64,000 nt of DNA from Tubiluchus corallicola (GCA_030141605.1 JAQGDQ010000003.1:1054001-1118000); one strand, 5' to 3'; shown: positions 50,641 to 63,278, counted from the first letter of the stretch. Numbers and translations are program-made. The notes: generated by a model from the sequence alone, not told the origin.

Positions 50641-52662
50641 GCTGCTACTACAACTACTGCTACTACAACTACTGCTACTACTACTACTAACTACTACCAT
50701 TGCCGCCGCTGCCACAACCACCGCCACCACCACCACCACCACTAATACTAATACTATTACTACTACTACTACTCTGGTCCCACCAAAAACCTGTGCTTTC
50801 ATTATAGAAACATAAAAACAGTTCATCTGTATCTTGGGTCCTAGTGTAAGACAAGACTTACAGGGAAATCCAAGAGCAGAGTGATTAATATGCTAACATG
50901 ATTTTAACATTTGTCACAATGCCTTGCTTTTTCTCAGAATGAGGTAATAAGCACCTACAGCTACTGAAAGTTTTTATCAATAAAATTACTGTTGCTAAAG
51001 AAATTTTAGCTACCAAGAAATGAAAGCAATTAAGAACCCAAACATTCAGTACTAGATCTTAGGCACAGCAAGTTTGTAAAATGAGGATATGACCTAATTT
51101 AGAAGCAGAAAAAACTCACGCAAGTCAATGCTTCTTTGGATAAAGTGTGCTTAGTCACTACTCCAGCTATCACAGATACAACATGGTGCTTCTGAATGAT
51201 AACAAGCAGTTCAGGGTTCTTCACTAAAGGAAAACAATCAAACAATTGCCAATGAGTTTTTAGAGTGAGTTCACGACATAAATATGAACTTTTCTTTCTT
51301 TTAGAATTACGTTTGCATACAGAGGAGTAGGTCAGAAAATGGGGTACACACAATCATAACCAGATAATTTTATTAATATATGTACATGGAAAGTTTGTAG
51401 CTATCATCATTATATAATACAGAAAATATTACAATGGCTGCCATTTTTCCAGGAAGTAAATATTAAAACCACAAAGTGCATTGAACACGGAGTGTATCAT
51501 AACCCATCATTAGATTTTTTGTCTATCAGAGTATGAGGTGTAATAACTACAATTTCAAGAACTTGTAGAAAGGCATTTTACATTGTGTTATTTTTTATAA
51601 ATTGCATGTTTGTTTTTTAAGGCATGTCATTCAGGTCGGTCTTGAATAATATTTGCTTTAAACACGTATATACATCTTTAAGTTTTGAAGACAAACAAGC
51701 TGCCAGAATTAAATGTAAACCTACCCAATCCAAGCAAAAGTTTAAGAGATTTTGTAACTAACTCCATGTGCTCCTGTGATTCAGCTATCAATCGGGCAAG
51801 GTACCCAAGACACTGCTGATGATAATTAATGACAAATACACCCGTGGAAGCTGTAAATTGCCTATATAATGCCTAGACAAAAAAACAAGCATTGGTTAAT
51901 GTTAATACATTACATCAAACAAGACTACAGCTAGAAAAATTTGACTGAAAGCATATACATGTAATAAATACATTTAAAACGTTAAAAATAAAAAAATTAA
52001 AAATACAGAATAAAAAACATGGCATTTAATTACACTGCTGTGCACTGTTTCAGGACATCTTCGGGTGAAAGAAAAAGAATAAATTCATGCAAAATTATCA
52101 AGCAGTGTTTTTTAGATTTTATAAATGATTAATAGCACATTCATAATCAGACACAGCTCAGAAAAAAAACAAGTGCAACATATCACTAATATTACATCAG
52201 CTAAAACACTGGTTATAAATTTAGTACAGAAGTGTGTGTACTGTAGTGAAAAATAAAAGGTTAACAAAAATATGCAGGCGGATCACTGTCTAAAAGATAT
52301 GAGAAATGTACTGATAAGAACATGGTGGTTGCAAAATACTTTTAAGCTGAAAGAAACAATTACACAGAAGCGACTGGACATAATACATTTCTCAAAATAT
52401 CACAAAATGAAAGTCGTTAATGAAGCTGACGTTTTCAAAAAAATATTATTATTATTATTATACAGACGAATCAGGAATGTTAGTTAATTTATTTATGTCT
52501 GCTGTAAATTTATTCAGTATAACAAAATACCAAATGTGTATTACCCAGTGATATACTAATTAAAATAATTACCTCAAGGCTTTCTAAACAGTACTCCAAG
52601 CTATTTTCATTGTGGAAATGTTGTTCACATGACAACAGGAATTTTTCTACTGCCCCATCCAT
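36717..52662 (-). CDS. CIP2A: CIP2A (cancerous inhibitor of PP2A, KIAA1524)-like protein, divergent; N-terminal helical/armadillo repeats and C-terminal coiled coil
   Basis: 19 exons joined in phase: 52662-52573, 51872-51725, 51223-51120, 49742-49654, 48912-48822, 48259-48134, 47550-47335, 47070-46894, 46508-46373, 45167-45056, 44227-44140 (GC donor), 43176-43070, 42760-42553, 42144-42034, 41439-41273, 40741-40637, 39161-39079, 38462-38341, 36839-36717 (TAA). Total 2403 nt, 800 aa. Colinear matches to recalled human CIP2A: SVIAGVV~SVLAGVV, TWRYAADLL~TRKYSVDLL, ILEFLL~VLELLL, GNCSAFAAEL~ENCSVLALEL, LERHKEMTEMIRNISSG~LNKHSHMIAMIHSLSGG. Confidence 0.85.
37340..37716 (-). mobile_element. Truncated Tc1/mariner-like terminal fragment
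   Basis: The minus strand begins CAGGGGGGTTCCAAATAATGTGCA, a Tc1-like TIR. A similar terminus, CAGGGGTGTGTGAAATAACTTGCA, occurs at 56671. I saw no partner TIR; the left boundary is approximate. Confidence 0.45.
37930..38120. repeat. Degenerate G/T-rich pentamer-like low-complexity tract
   Basis: TGTGG/GTGAT/GTGGT-type units with strong G+T strand skew. Confidence 0.7.
42402..42454. repeat. (AAT)n microsatellite
   Basis: About 17 perfect units, intronic. Confidence 0.95.
45355..46045. mobile_element. Tc1/mariner-superfamily (pogo/Tigger-like) MITE
   Basis: TA|CAGTAGGCCCTGCTTAAT at the left end and ATAAACAGCACCTACTG|TA at the right end form imperfect TIRs with a TA target duplication. Subterminal CAATTA/CTATTA(A/G)CCG motifs are present, and no transposase ORF. 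Confidence 0.7.
50570..50773. repeat. (CTA)n compound microsatellite
   Basis: Long CTA run grading into CTG, CCG and CCA units. Confidence 0.95.
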
Positions 52663-52770
52663 ATTTTGTGAAAGATTCTCTGAAAGTTTCTGAAAAAATT
52701 AGAAGCAGAATATCAGGCTATCAGTTTCGGTTTGAGCACAAAAAAGGCAGAGAAATCATTATAGACCTAC

Positions 52771-52838
52771 CTGACTTATGTCGACTAATCAAAGCATTTT
52801 AGAATAAACTATCTTTAGTCGGGAACATCTGTTCTGAA
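52771..52838 (-). other. Probable 5'UTR exon of the CIP2A-like gene, containing short uORFs
   Basis: Donor CAG|GTAGGT at 52771/52770 and an 81-nt intron to the acceptor TTTTTTCAG at 52690. There is a stop in frame with the CIP2A ATG, and two uORFs (MFPTKDSLF*, ML*). The acceptor is ambiguous (three nearby AGs). Confidence 0.45.
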
Positions 52839-55722
52839 CTATACCAGAATATAAGTACTTTTTGAACTGTGATTTTGTTAAACATTGCATATAAAGTCAC
52901 ATTTTAAAATCATAAAATCGTGACACTTTTTAGCACACCTTGTGCAATTTACTTTTAAGAAAACATTAGTTGCATGATATCAGGTATGAACTAAAAACTG
53001 TTTAACAAGCAGTTCTTTAAGAACACTAAGAACAAGAGTGAAGACTTATAATCAACTGAGTTATAATACTCTCTACCCAGTATCCACTCACTATACTGCA
53101 TTGCTGCAATAGCTGTACTTTTTGTAAACACAGAATTCTGATACAGCATATTGAACATCGACATTATTGCTCACATATCATATCAGATTTACGCTAACTT
53201 CTCATATCTTGAGGTATTTATTATCTTTTAATAATTTTAATAATTTTTAAAAAAGTGTAGCCAAAATTGTAATAGTAGCTCACTAATAACTATAAATGAA
53301 GTTCTAGAGAGTCAGACATACAAGTCTTCACTTATATATCAGAAGTTAAGAGATGCCTGAAAGTTTATTGTTTACTATTGGCCTTCAGTACTGTAAATGG
53401 TAAGACCACTAGTATTAGCTGTTTTTCATTAATTTAGATTCTTTGTTAGAAGCATTTTAGTTTCACAAAGAATTTATGGCAGTTGTTGTTAACAAATGAC
53501 ATGAAGCTGGAAAATACTTTCAATTAATGGTAAACCTAGCATGGATCTTCCAAAAAATCAAATTAAAAAATGCAAAAGCCATCACTCTTTTTATAACAAA
53601 ACACAAAACATGTAAGACTGAATACTTTAGTTTTGACCATTTCACTAGCACTAGTTGATAAGGTTATGCAAGAGTGCAATCTTTGCATTCATGCAAATTT
53701 TTATGTTTTCATTACGACTTGCACGCAACCATTTCCTTTGGCAGCTAGAGAGGGCCATCTAAATAATTAATTTCGGTGGTCAGGGCTTAATTATATATAA
53801 GATTCGAGGCTACAGCTTTGAGGACGGCACAATTTTTGGCGATCTATATATCAAATGAAAGGTTTTGAACTAGTGTCATCTCATTGATGCTTTATTTTTT
53901 TAATCGGGGCCACCCGCAGGAACGGGCGGAAAACCTCCCAAAAATGGCATTTTTTTGTAAGACTTATACCTTTTATTTCTAGAGATCAGATATGGGCCAG
54001 GAGTGGATTCAATGCACCAAATGAATATCAATCCGTATGAACTAAACTATGGAGGATGCCAAATCTCACGTAGATGTAGGGCTATATAGATCTTGCATGA
54101 AGTCTGTAGAAAGAATATTGCTACATATGATAGCTTAAACAGTTTCATGTTTAGGCTCTTTCCAGACCTTTCTGCGTTGTCTAAACTGTTTCAAGCTACA
54201 GTTACAGAAATTGTTGAATTTTGAAAAGCTGGCTTCCTGAAACTAGCATAGCAAGTAGAACTAGAACTAGAAGTACGCTTTTGTGCACACTAAATGTAGC
54301 AGTTCCAACAATCACACACAGTGACTAGGAAAAGACTGATCAGCACGACTATAAAGTAGACTTAGTTAGGTAAAATAATTATTATAAAATTGCTTCTATT
54401 AGCCTACCTTAGCCTAGTAATAGTATACTATAGCGCGTTACACTGTAAAATTATTTATTAAATGTACTACAGCTTGTGCAATTAATGACTACTAAACGGT
54501 TCAGTAAGCACTACTGTTTACTGCTATTAATAAAAAATATTATTTTCGCAGGAACCATAAGTATATCTTAACAGTTTTACAATGAAATTAAAACAACCGC
54601 CTTCTTCGAACTGAAACTTCAAGTTCGCTCTTCAATTTGGCTCTAAACGATATTTTTCGGAAAACAGTACGCGATTTCAACAATTCCTGGCGGTAATACT
54701 GTGACAGTACGTCAAGGCGGTCAAGCCTAGCCCCAGTCCCGCAAATTAATGGAAAGTCCAAGCGTTCTAGAAAGTCTGGTTTATTTCCATATTTGCGAAA
54801 AATATTAGAAGGAATGAAGGATTTATAAAAGTGCGATAAGGCAAGAATTTTTCTCAAAAACACAAAATTGATATTAATTATAATGCAGATAAAATACAAA
54901 AAAATTATCACTAACGTCTAGGTTACAAATAAAAAACTCCTTACTTAAATCAGAACTATTGAGAACAAATAAAAACTTAATGAGAACTAGAAATTAAACT
55001 AAGAGAACTAATTAAATTACATAATCACACCAATGATGTTTGTCCAGCACTGGCAGGTTACCCCCAATATATAACTACCTTTTTAATCACAGTCACTTAA
55101 ATATCTTCCAAAATGAATAAGGTTTGCTGGATTTGTATTTAGAAAAAGCCACATTACTGAGTATATAATTGTTACTTTCTTGAAAAGGTAGATTATGCAC
55201 ACATTTTTATCTAATATTTTCGTTGCACAAAGGGCAGGTGAAAACTAAAAAGCTAATGTAATCCATTTTCAGTTAATTTTGATTTATGATTGCCATAATA
55301 AAGCGGTTGTTGTCTGCAGTCTTGCATAATACGACAATGCATATGATTCAGAAAAATCAACGACACAGTTCGTTGGACACATATTGGAAGAAATTGCAAT
55401 ATGGAAGAGTTCACGCGAAAAATCGGCGGATCAAAGTTTTGATGCTACATTTTGTATACTTAGGCATTATGGTTTTTCATGTTAAGTAAAATAATTATTG
55501 ATTTTATGCTTTTGAATACCAAAATGGTAGTATGAAATAGAAGAAAACATTATGATTAGTTTTATTATTATTTTTGACGGTTTAGCGATCGTTTAAGAAA
55601 CAACACGATGTTAACAAACTATAAGTAACAGTCAAAAGGGTATAGCAATGACTGTAATAAGTTAAAGCGCAAAATGGCTACTTTATCAACCTGGAAAGGG
55701 AAGATAGGGAGTTCGGGACAAA

Positions 55723-55840
55723 CCTACCTATTACACAGCTACCTACCTATTCATTAGCCTGCTTTCCTGTCTGCCTACCTGCCTAATTACCTACCTACCT
55801 ATTTACCTAACCTACTTACATACATGCACATATGCCTACT
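55723..55840. repeat. Degenerate (CCTA)n repeat
   Basis: Repeated ACCT/CCTA units. Confidence 0.75.
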
Positions 55841-56670
55841 AAGTAGGTAGATATGTAGAGCCTCTTTTATACACAGTTTACTCTCCCATCTGGTTGTGCC
55901 TAATATCTTAACATCTTTAGAATTAAAATCTTGAGTATTCAAAGCCTATTACTTTGAATGACAGAAGAAACAAGCAACTGTCAACCAACTATTGAGCAGT
56001 GTTTTGTTTGGTTCAAGCATTGTATAACAGTACTATCGGTGACAGAAATATAGAGTATAATATGATTCTTAAACCAGAAAATACAGATACAAAAACATGC
56101 ACATACCAGAAAAAAATACAAATTACTTCATAATACAGTACAAAATTGAAACCATATCAGCATGGTACAATGGGCCAACTTAGTATACTTAGATTTCTAA
56201 AATCTTTCAGATTTTTAGATTTGCTCTGCGTTATCTCAGTTGTCTGAATTCAAAAACTATCTCCACCAATTTAGCATTAGTTTTCATAATTTCTACATCT
56301 GAATTTACGAACACTTATACGAAATTTTATTTGAGTAGGAAGCACAGCAATTTCCATATTTTGCGGTATGCTATTGAGCAGTGCACAATCGACGTCAAAC
56401 ATGTTGGTGTATCGCTCCACCTCCGGTCTCGCTATTTTCTTGATTGCAAAATGGTTTAATAAGCAACTCATAGACGTTGTGCATTTCTTCCTATAACGAA
56501 ACTAGACTATAGATTTCCACTAATTCACTTGCAATTTCAATTGACTTCAACAAACTCTAGAACCAGGCTAATATTTCTCCCAACTAATGAAAAGTTGAGC
56601 ATTTTTCATAACAGTATTAGACGCAGCTGTTGCTAAATGTCCTGAACGTACCCGCGTTAATTAACCTCTG

Positions 56671-56960
56671 CAGGGGTGTGTGAAATAACTTGCACGCTAA
56701 TTGGGCAATCAACGAAAATGAATGACATTATGTTAGACGTCACTTCTTTTTAGAATTGCACTTTTGATGGAAAAGTGACAAAACCGATTTGCATTGTTAA
56801 TGGATGTGCTAATTTCTAGCTAACAAAATTTTATCTTAAGAAAACTAGAGCAGGGATGTTATTGCCTACAGTTATCCGATTTTGTACTTTTAGGTCATGG
56901 GAAACTGTGGTATCCCGCAAGTTAGTGGGGGGGGGATGGGAACAAAAATTCTTTTCCATG
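56671..56960 (+). mobile_element. Tc1/mariner-like terminal fragment
   Basis: Starts with CAGGGGTGTGTGAAATAACTTGCAC, resembling the terminus at 37716. The right boundary is a guess. Confidence 0.35.
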
Positions 56961-57535
56961 GACAGGTTTATCTATGCTACAAATGCGTTATTATTAGAAT
57001 TATTATTATTGCTTGTGGTTCTGCTTAATTCCCCGGGGTTTTTCAGTTTCTCTTGGAAAAAACGTGAAATGCGCTATAAGACCACAACATGCAAAAATTC
57101 TGCATTAATACAATTTCAGTTTCCCCAGTAGTTTCCTCGAGTGAAGCTATCGCTTTCTCTTTAACTACTGGCCCTTATTTACTCTCATAGCAAACACTGA
57201 AAGAGCTGTGTGCGGTGCAGACCTTGCACTTTGCTCAAATATCACACAATGCTGTGCTGAAATCAACTCTAAATGCGTGTTTGCTTAAATGTTTCTTCTG
57301 TTTTTGTCCTTTGATGCGGACACAAATTCAACTTTAGAGCGACTAAATGTATTAATTAATTTTGCTACAAGAACAGGCTTATGAAAGCGCTGAACGTCGG
57401 TGACAAAATTAGCAGCAAAAAAGACGCAGTGAATATATGCTTGTTTTGTGACTGATTTCCGACCACAATACCTGCAATTATTGGAAAAATATCATAATCG
57501 TTCTGTAGGAAAAGTGTACCTCAAAAATTCCATAC

Positions 57536-60500
57536 ATGGCTTTAAACGGAACCAAGAATTGCAAGAGCGTGGACGCTAAGCTACATTCCGGAGACAGCCT
57601 ACCAAAACTTCGACATGACCAAGAGGAAAAACTGGAAGAGTCGTTTGTAAAAGTGAAAAATCCGAGTTCCAGCGACGTTTTATTGCTTGCGATGGAGTGT
57701 GGAATGAATGAGGAAAGTGTAAGGGTTAGTATGATTACTGAATTTATATTTTTTTTAATGGTTATAAAAACGGCAAAGAATAAGGAAGCCATTCAGATAG
57801 ATATAACGGTGTTTATTAGGATAGAATAGGTTTTGGAATTTCCTACCAGGACCACGCTGCCCAAAAGAATAGTTCCTGATTAGCCAGATTGGCGATAAAA
57901 AATTTGACGATTCAAATAATTTGACGATTTTATTACACATGCTTCTAAACTTTTACGGAAAATAGCGGGTTTCGGGGTTTCAAGTCTGCTTATGGCGCGT
58001 AGTCGTCTGGAAAAAGGCTTAATCCATGCATTCAGCATAGATGTGTACTGCAAGACTTGGCAGCATGGGAAGAGCCTATCGCATTTTGAAGTATGATAAA
58101 AAGCATATATTTAGTTATCTATAATAACACGAAAATGTTTCTGGTAATTAAATATTAGCTTAAAATTTAATTAACAGGGCCGACCACAATTAGCTATAAT
58201 GTCACAATTGTACATGATTTCCAATGTGCGGTGCTACTGTACAGCACCGACTGTGATTTACACAAACTTGGCAAATTTTAAATGACAAGAAAAAGGACAT
58301 CTGAAGTAGGTTTCAGAAAAATCGTTTTAAAAATTATATTACTTTTTAGCGATCTTATACATATATCGTACTCGCATCGAAAGGAATTTGTGTTTGTCTT
58401 CATTTTAAATCTCCCGCAATACTGTTCCGAAGTCGCCGTTACATGACGTCACTAGCGTAAATCAGGGGAAGAAAAGGAAATGTTAAATTATGTCCCAAAA
58501 CTTTACAAGCGAACATCTATTACTTAGCTTTTCGCTTACCTGCTGGAAAGACTTCTGTAACTAGGAAAGAAAATTTTTTAATTATTTAAAATATTTTCAC
58601 GAATAGGTAAAATGTCGCTGACTCACCCTCCAGGATGCACCACTCACTAACCAAAAACGTATTTTTAAACTTATTGACAAGACAAGATACAGTAATTTAA
58701 AATTTTACCCAGTTAGTGATGTGTGCGCTACGAGTGCTCTGATTATTTTTTCAAAGTGTACACAATGTTATCTAAACTTTTTTTTAAAATGACCTGTCGT
58801 CAAAATGGCTGTGTCTAATGGTCATCGAGGGAGTTTAAATTTACATGTTTTATACAGTGTGACTGCCGATTGAAGTCCTGTATGTAAAAAGGCAGTATGT
58901 AAGTGACATAAAATTTCAAGACGAATTTTTTAAGTTTTACGTTTATGAAGGGTTTTCTTGTGCTTTAAGTTAAAAATTTAAATAACAGGTTACCGCGGCA
59001 CCTGTTTTTTTCTTTTTTTTTGTTAAACGCGATTCCGAGATGCAGGTTAGGTGTCCATATAACTAGCGAATGGCGAAATGCACGTGGCAGCGAAAAACAA
59101 ATAGCGCAAACGTGAAATTATATTTCCGTCCGTTGAAATAATGCTTTCATTTAAATTATATTAATTAATATAAATTAAATAATTACATTCATATAACATC
59201 CGTTAGTACTCATCATGAATCATCAATCCTAATTCGCAAAAATTGATTCTTTGGTTTAATTGATTTGTTAATTTGACGAATGGTTGACTAATTCACAAAA
59301 CACTCGGCTTGGTCTTCTCCCGAATGAATGCGGTGATAATGTGATTGAAAGAAGTTGTAGTCGCTACTTTCCGCATTGAGCTTGGCATGGTCGCAACAAG
59401 CAAAAATGTTTACATTTCCGCTTGCTGTTACGGCCTATCAAGAAGTGATTGAATTACGTATGGAAGCATTATTGTTTTGTTAGTGTTGTGATACAGTGGC
59501 TTTATTTTATATTCCATTCTAATCTGTAATCGCACCCATTTGCACAATCTCTCTTTAAATCATAAATTCTTCATTCGTCGGATGTGTCTCTTAAAGTTAT
59601 AGCGTAAATAAGCTTAGGCTGCTAAAGCGTATTTACACTAGAAGGTTTATGAAAATATTCAGCCCGTAGTAAGATATATGTCAGACGGCTAATGTTTGTG
59701 TTTGACCAGTGAAACTGATATTTGTTTTTGTACTTCTCTACCCCACACAAGCGACATGAAGCTGTTGCTTAGCTTTGGGCTTCCTTAGCTCTGATCCTGC
59801 ACACTGCTTAACTCTTAGTTACCAAACGGGAGGGAGTGCCAAGCATAAAATGCAGATGCTTACGTTTATATAATTCGAAATTTTCCACTAACTATGATGT
59901 TGACTGGATCAAGTCCTATACCGAATAGAACAGTGGCTATACTTAGTAAAAGATTTAATTTTATTACATTGAATTAAATTATAAATTACATTATATTAAT
60001 AAATGTTATATAGTAGTATAATATATATATCAATATTTTGTGCTAGAAATTAAGTTTTATTGTTAGCTGTTGTTATTTACGCCGTACCTGGCAAATTATT
60101 ATTATATAATACCACGGAAAGAGTGCACACAAAGGCCAGCGTTTCCGATTACGTTACGTGCAATGAATCTTGTTTTCTGTAGAAAGTTAATAGTTTTCTG
60201 TTTTAAAATGCCGGATAAATCCCCCTAATGATGATTAATGATTTCCACGTTCTCTCTGGAAGCTTTAACTCGTGACTTTTCCACTTTGGAATCATGGGGT
60301 AGCCAGCTTCTCGGCGGCTTTGATGAATATGCCTTGGCAGGATGTAATTGATCGTAACAGAAGACGATTTTTTGTTGGCTCAGTTCCAGGAATGTGATTC
60401 AACGTCCCACTGATATCATTGTTTCTGTTTCTTATCCATTGTTCGTTTACTGCTAGCGCTGTTGTTTTGTTAAAATTAATTTAGATAAATTCTTAGGATA

Positions 60501-61302
60501 GCTTACTACTACGCTGACATATTTGCACTTATATATCATTATTAATAGATTTTCGTGTCATTATAGCCTTGAACAATTATTGTCTGTAGAACAATTGTCG
60601 CTTACGTTGTATATGGTTGACCGATATGCTGCCTTCTGTACGCAGTACACATTTCTTGTGTGTAATGTATGATGTGTACTTTTGCTTTGTACACGTGGGT
60701 TTTTAAATGGTAAATGAAAATTCTATCTACCTATCTGTCTGTCTGTCTGCCTGCACGTCCGACCGTCAACCCGCCCACATGTCCGTCTTTCCTTCCTTCC
60801 GTCCTCCATCCGTCCGTCAGTCCGTCCATCCATTCATTCATCTAACTATCTAGTATCAAAGAAAATCTGAAGTCTACCAGTCGAGAACCAGCTGAGGCAC
60901 TCGGGGTTATAAAATTAATTTTTATTACGTAACGGAACGGCCTTGCTGTATTGAACTGTTGATAACTTATGGTATAGGAACTGTAATAAATTTAATTACT
61001 TAGTAACCTACCGTGCTTGGTACAGACTAATATTATATACATCGTTAGCAAAAATTATTTTTTGGTGATATTGTAACTGTGTGAAATATTCAAATTAAAT
61101 AGCATCTTCTGTAATACTTATAACACTACAGTTCGTGTAAGCAGAATTTTCTACAAATAGGGTGTTCAGTAATGTTTAATAAAGTTAATATGCAATGGTT
61201 TCTCATTTATTATTTTTGTTGTAGATTTGGTGGGCGCATAGATTAGCCCTATGGCGTAAACAACAAGGATTACCAGCCAATGGACGTTCAGTAATGGATT
61301 AA
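57536..61302 (+). CDS. HOPX: Homeodomain-only protein (HOPX-like), two coding exons, 88 aa
   Basis: Exon 57536-57724 encodes ...LRHDQEEKLEESFVKVKNPSSSDVLLLAMECGMNEESVR (donor AGG|GTTAGT). It splices in phase 0 to exon 61225-61302 (acceptor TTTTTGTTGTAG), IWWAHRLALWRKQQGLPANGRSVMD*. The product aligns end to end with recalled human HOPX, DQVEILEYNFNKVDKHPDSTTLCLIAAEAGLSEEETQ|KWFKQRLAKWRRSEGLPSECRSVTD*. An acceptor at 57508 (TTCTGTAG) implies an upstream 5'UTR exon. Confidence 0.9.
58540..58700 (-). other. Two spliced minus-strand exons, probably non-coding 5'UTR exons (possibly of the CIP2A-like gene)
   Basis: Donor GAGG|GTGAGT at 58627/58626, a 66-nt AT-rich intron ending TTTTCTTTCCTAG, a 21-nt exon 58560-58540, then donor CAG|GTAAGC. 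The upstream boundary (58700) is approximate. Confidence 0.55.
60722..60852. repeat. Compound tetranucleotide repeat (CTAT/CTGT/CCGT/CCTT/CATT)
   Basis: Seen directly; lies in the HOPX intron. Confidence 0.8.
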
Positions 61303-63131
61303 TGAACAGCAAACACTGAGTTGTACATAGAATTGTCGATGGAGATGCATGCTTGAGTTGGTTATTGCTTAAAGTCGTAATAATTATTATGTATAAAAGC
61401 GGAAAATTTATACTATTACAAATGAGTTAATCTGACGCCTATGAGCAAGTGGTTTGCAAGCTTGTTCATCGAACCTGCGCTAAATTTTCTTCTATTTTTG
61501 ATGTTAATTATCATTTTGTTCGACTGTCATTGTTTTTGGAAACCGTTTCGATAAGTATAGTCTATGTATGTAAGTCTAATAATTTTCAAAAATATTTTCA
61601 AACTGAGGTTTTACTTAATATTCTGTAAGTAGGTGGCGCCACAGCATCGCACCGCGCGCAATACCAGTTAATAAAATACTGTATCTGATTATAGCGTAAG
61701 GCAATAACCACATTTATAGCAGAAGATAATAGGAATAGTAATAAAAATAATGTTGACAAACGATACCTTTAAAGATCCCCTGTATAAAACTAGGCTTACT
61801 GGATGAACTGATACTGTAAATAGTAAAAAATGTTTGTTATGAATTATATTGTCATGCACCGCAGTTTAACTCGTTACAGCACTGTATGTTATAAAAATTA
61901 AACATAAAAATATTGCCGATAGAATAATTATGGTTCACAAAATACAACGTGAATAACACTAGAAGAGATAATGTTTGAAGATAGTAACTGTACTGCTATA
62001 TTTACAATGTAAATACGTGTAAGTGGTGAAAATTATAATAAAACTGACATTTTAGGTACAACTTTTCAAATCTCTGTGGGGTTCTGTCGCCGTTCGCTGT
62101 CGCACCAATTCCTTCCCAACTATTGTACACATTAAGCTAAAATATAACTGTAACACTAACATTCTGGGCATTTGCGGCTCGAGACGTTTCATTTCTCACA
62201 TTGTTGCAAATAAAAGACGAAGAGACGCAAGTGTTCAGGATACTTAAGAAAACTATTGTTGTTATTACTTTTACTAATACATTTGCCAAATTCATTTCAA
62301 ACAAGATAAATTTATGTGGCATAAATTTTTCGTCTGTAATAATGCTACTAGAACGCGCAATTTTCTTCACTACTTTTCCATTGTTTTTTAGGAGTTCAGA
62401 GATTTTTGCTGATGACGACGGGCATTGTTATAAGTTTAAGTGGAAAAGCTTTTGATAATCTGGGATAATCCCTGTGCTTAAATCGGAAAAACACTCAAAG
62501 AACGTGTGTCTCGGAAAAAGCTTAACCTTGAACATTTTGCTTAATAATCACTCAGCATTATTTGGCGAAGCACTATCGTGTGGAAAACGTAGTCAGCTGT
62601 CACGTACTCTTGGTATCCAATCGCCGTTTTTATCACTTAATTAGTGCAGACTAGCTGACGGCGGAGTTTGCAGCTTCGACGCCTTTGTGGTTTTTACATC
62701 TTAAAAAATAATAATTTGTCTAAAAGGAGTCCAGTTCATCCCAAGATGCTTTCTTGTTCCTCAGAAATAATGACAAGAAAACAGGTTAAATGCTGGAAAG
62801 GGAAGGTTCTTGGCACCTGCTTTCCCTCGGTGCCATGTTTCAAAGATAAACAATTAAAAAGACAACGTTAATGACCCGACGATTAAAATGTCACGCGTCA
62901 TTAAAACGCAAAATCTAAACTGGTGCTACTTTGTCTTTCAACGTGTATGAGGAACTTGTGTGATTGTATAAAATCATTTACCAAGTAATAAAATTGTATA
63001 CCGGCAAAATTAGGCCTACTATAGTTGCGTGATGTCAGTAACTGCAGCATATATAGAAATACCATCAGTAGCAGCAACAACAACATCACTATGATAATGT
63101 TTTTCATTGGCATCATATCAACTCAAAAATT

Positions 63132-63235
63132 CATAATAATAATATAATAATAATAATAATGATGATGACGGTGATGATGATGGTGATAATGATGATGATG
63201 ATGATGATGATGATAATAATAATAATAATAATAAT

Positions 63236-63278
<43 letters not shown>

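Noticed and set aside
50513-50826. Poly-Leu / poly-Ser ORFs on both strands
   Set aside because: Artefact of the (CTA)n microsatellite.
53750-54910. DNA-transposon-like stretch with a 107-aa ORF (similar-looking DNA at about 1430-2450, 10780-12370 and 35000-35900)
   Set aside because: It looks repeat-derived, but I found no paired TIRs, TSDs or transposase motifs, so boundaries cannot be supported.
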